Shown in pieces: positions 62,754-64,000 of a DNA stretch of 64,000 nucleotides. The stretch is from contig CAWFQB010000004.1 in assembly GCA_963817895.1 (NCBI GenBank), positions 512,001 through 576,000 of the forward strand. The letters run 5' to 3'. A program made the translations under genes and the position numbers. Each line of letters opens with the position of its first letter. The stretch's first letter is position 1. A model generated the notes under the pieces. It saw only the letters and a list, made by a program, of their open reading frames with translations. It was not told where the DNA came from and searched no databases. Origin of the DNA: an uncultured Chthonomonadaceae bacterium. Lineage in GTDB: Bacteria; Armatimonadota; Chthonomonadetes; Chthonomonadales; Chthonomonadaceae.

Positions 62754-63559
62754 CTCCTGCTTCGCCACATCCGCAGCCAGCGCAAGGGACGAAACCCCAG
62801 TTTTTTGCTGATACTGCCGACGGCATGGGAGGCGCGGACGCACAGCACGTCTTTGCGGCTGCCGTAGCGGCGCACGAACGTCAGACGGTCATCAATCAGG
62901 GCGCGTCCCCGCGTGAAGGTTCCGTTCTGTCCGGTGAAATAGTAATCGAAAATCACGTCGGGAATCAGCCCCATGCGCAGGCCGCTGTACGCCGCTCGCG
63001 TCCAGAACTCAATGTCGCCGCAGGCGCAGTCTTCCGGCAACAGGCCGATGCTATCGAACACGCTCCGGCGCACAAAGGCGGTGGGACTGGAAACGCCCTC
63101 CGTGCCGCGCAGCCAGCTTTGCAGCGACAGCCGATTGGGATCAGTGATGTTGGTTTCATAAAGAAACCGCGCGTCGCCGTCGCGCTCTTCCCAGATTGCC
63201 GCCTGCGCGAACATAATGTCAATATCCGGGTTCGACGCGAAGAAATTTGCCGCAAGGCGCAGCGCGCCCGGACGCAGGGTATCGTCGTCCGTCATGATTT
63301 TCACGATTTCGCCGGTTGCGCGGGGGATCACTTTGTTGTAAGCGTTGAATTCGCCCGTATCCGGTTCCGACAGCCAGAAAGTAATGCGATTGCCATAGGA
63401 TTTCAGCACGTCAACCGTGCCATCTTGAGAGCCTCCGTCCGCGACAATCACTTCCAGATTGGGATAATCGTCCTCGAACAGGCGATCCAACATGCGCTTC
63501 AGGTACGCGGCGCGGTTCCATGTGGCGATAACAACCGAAATTTTGGGGTTCGTGGACAT
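62717..63559 (-). CDS. GT2 glycosyltransferase
   Basis: ISVVIATWN, VADGGSQDGT, SEPDTG, MTDDD, GDIEFW. Confidence 0.92.
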   Translation of the reverse strand: MSTNPKISVVIATWNRAAYLKRMLDRLFEDDYPNLEVIVADGGSQDGTVDVLKSYGNRITFWLSEPDTGEFNAYNKVIPRATGEIVKIMTDDDTLRPGALRLAANFFASNPDIDIMFAQAAIWEERDGDARFLYETNITDPNRLSLQSWLRGTEGVSSPTAFVRRSVFDSIGLLPEDCACGDIEFWTRAAYSGLRMGLIPDVIFDYYFTGQNGTFTRGRALIDDRLTFVRRYGSRKDVLCVRASHAVGSISKKLGFRPLRWLRMWRSRRGFRCQVSGVRG

Positions 63560-63799
63560 AACACAACTCCGAAACGGGAAATGGGCGCAAAGGACACGCA
63601 AGTCAAGCATGAGGACAGAAACATCATGTCCCACCCGTAATATTGGCAGGCGCAACGCCAAACACAAGGGGAATTATGAAACTAAGAATTATATGCCAGC
63701 ACAGCGATGCAGGCAAGCAGGAACATGTTCGCTCTTCAAACTTGTCGGAATATAGCCAATAATGAAAGGAAATCACGATGAAAGTCTGTCAGGAGCGGT

Positions 63800-64000
63800 A
63801 TGAAATCAACTATTAACGTGTACGGATTGGGCTACATCGGGCTGCCTACTGCCGCCACGTTCGCGAACGTGGGGTATCAGGTTCTTGGCGTGGATATTTG
63901 CCCCGAAGTAGTTCGCAGAATCAATTTGGGCGACACGCACATTCAGGAACCGGGGCTGCATCTGCTGGTACACTCCGCCCTGCATCGCCGCGCCCTTTCC
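63800..64000 (+). CDS. wecC: Nucleotide-sugar dehydrogenase (WecC/WbpA-like), runs off window end
   Basis: AGGAG 63791; MKSTINVYGLGYIGLPTAATFA...GVDI...IQEPGL (not in the ORF track). Confidence 0.8.
   Translation, partial: MKSTINVYGLGYIGLPTAATFANVGYQVLGVDICPEVVRRINLGDTHIQEPGLHLLVHSALHRRALS

Noticed and set aside
1..64000. tRNA, rRNA or riboswitch genes
   Set aside because: None recognised by eye in the intergenic regions; an Infernal/Rfam scan would be needed to exclude small ncRNAs.

Overview
Bacterial, GC-rich chromosomal window. The gene repertoire (PEP-CTERM protein, Tat-exported glycosidases, multi-SLBB export protein) fits a diderm environmental bacterium, but I cannot establish the lineage. 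About 19 genes carry isolated single-base frameshifts, most likely uncorrected long-read indels. Layout: 0-14.5 kb holds formate dehydrogenase alpha/beta, alditol oxidase, secreted and carbohydrate-active enzymes, mannonate dehydratase and a clostripain-like protease. 14.8-27.9 kb is an accessory patch: PEP-CTERM repeat protein, vapBC truncated by an ISL3 element, sdpRI, NUDIX, GNATs, aldo-keto reductase, PAS kinase, pepC. 28.1-41.0 kb is surface-polysaccharide cluster 1 (+). 41.1-51.4 kb is a catabolic/secreted block with an enolase-SDR-DHDPS operon, two CARDB proteins and a GH92. 51.4-63.6 kb is polysaccharide cluster 2 (-), followed by the start of a wecC-like gene. The best candidate for an undescribed system is a GDP-heptose/amino-sugar pathway built on Cj1427-type (2-oxoglutarate-recycled) dehydrogenases plus DegT aminotransferases and GNATs, with an L-2-hydroxyglutarate oxidase translationally coupled inside the polysaccharide operon, plausibly as a dedicated 2-OG/L-2-HG redox shuttle. 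The second notable feature is at least four families of small hairpin/tandem-repeat elements in the intergenic gaps. One family has become the interdomain linker of two unrelated GT4 glycosyltransferases.
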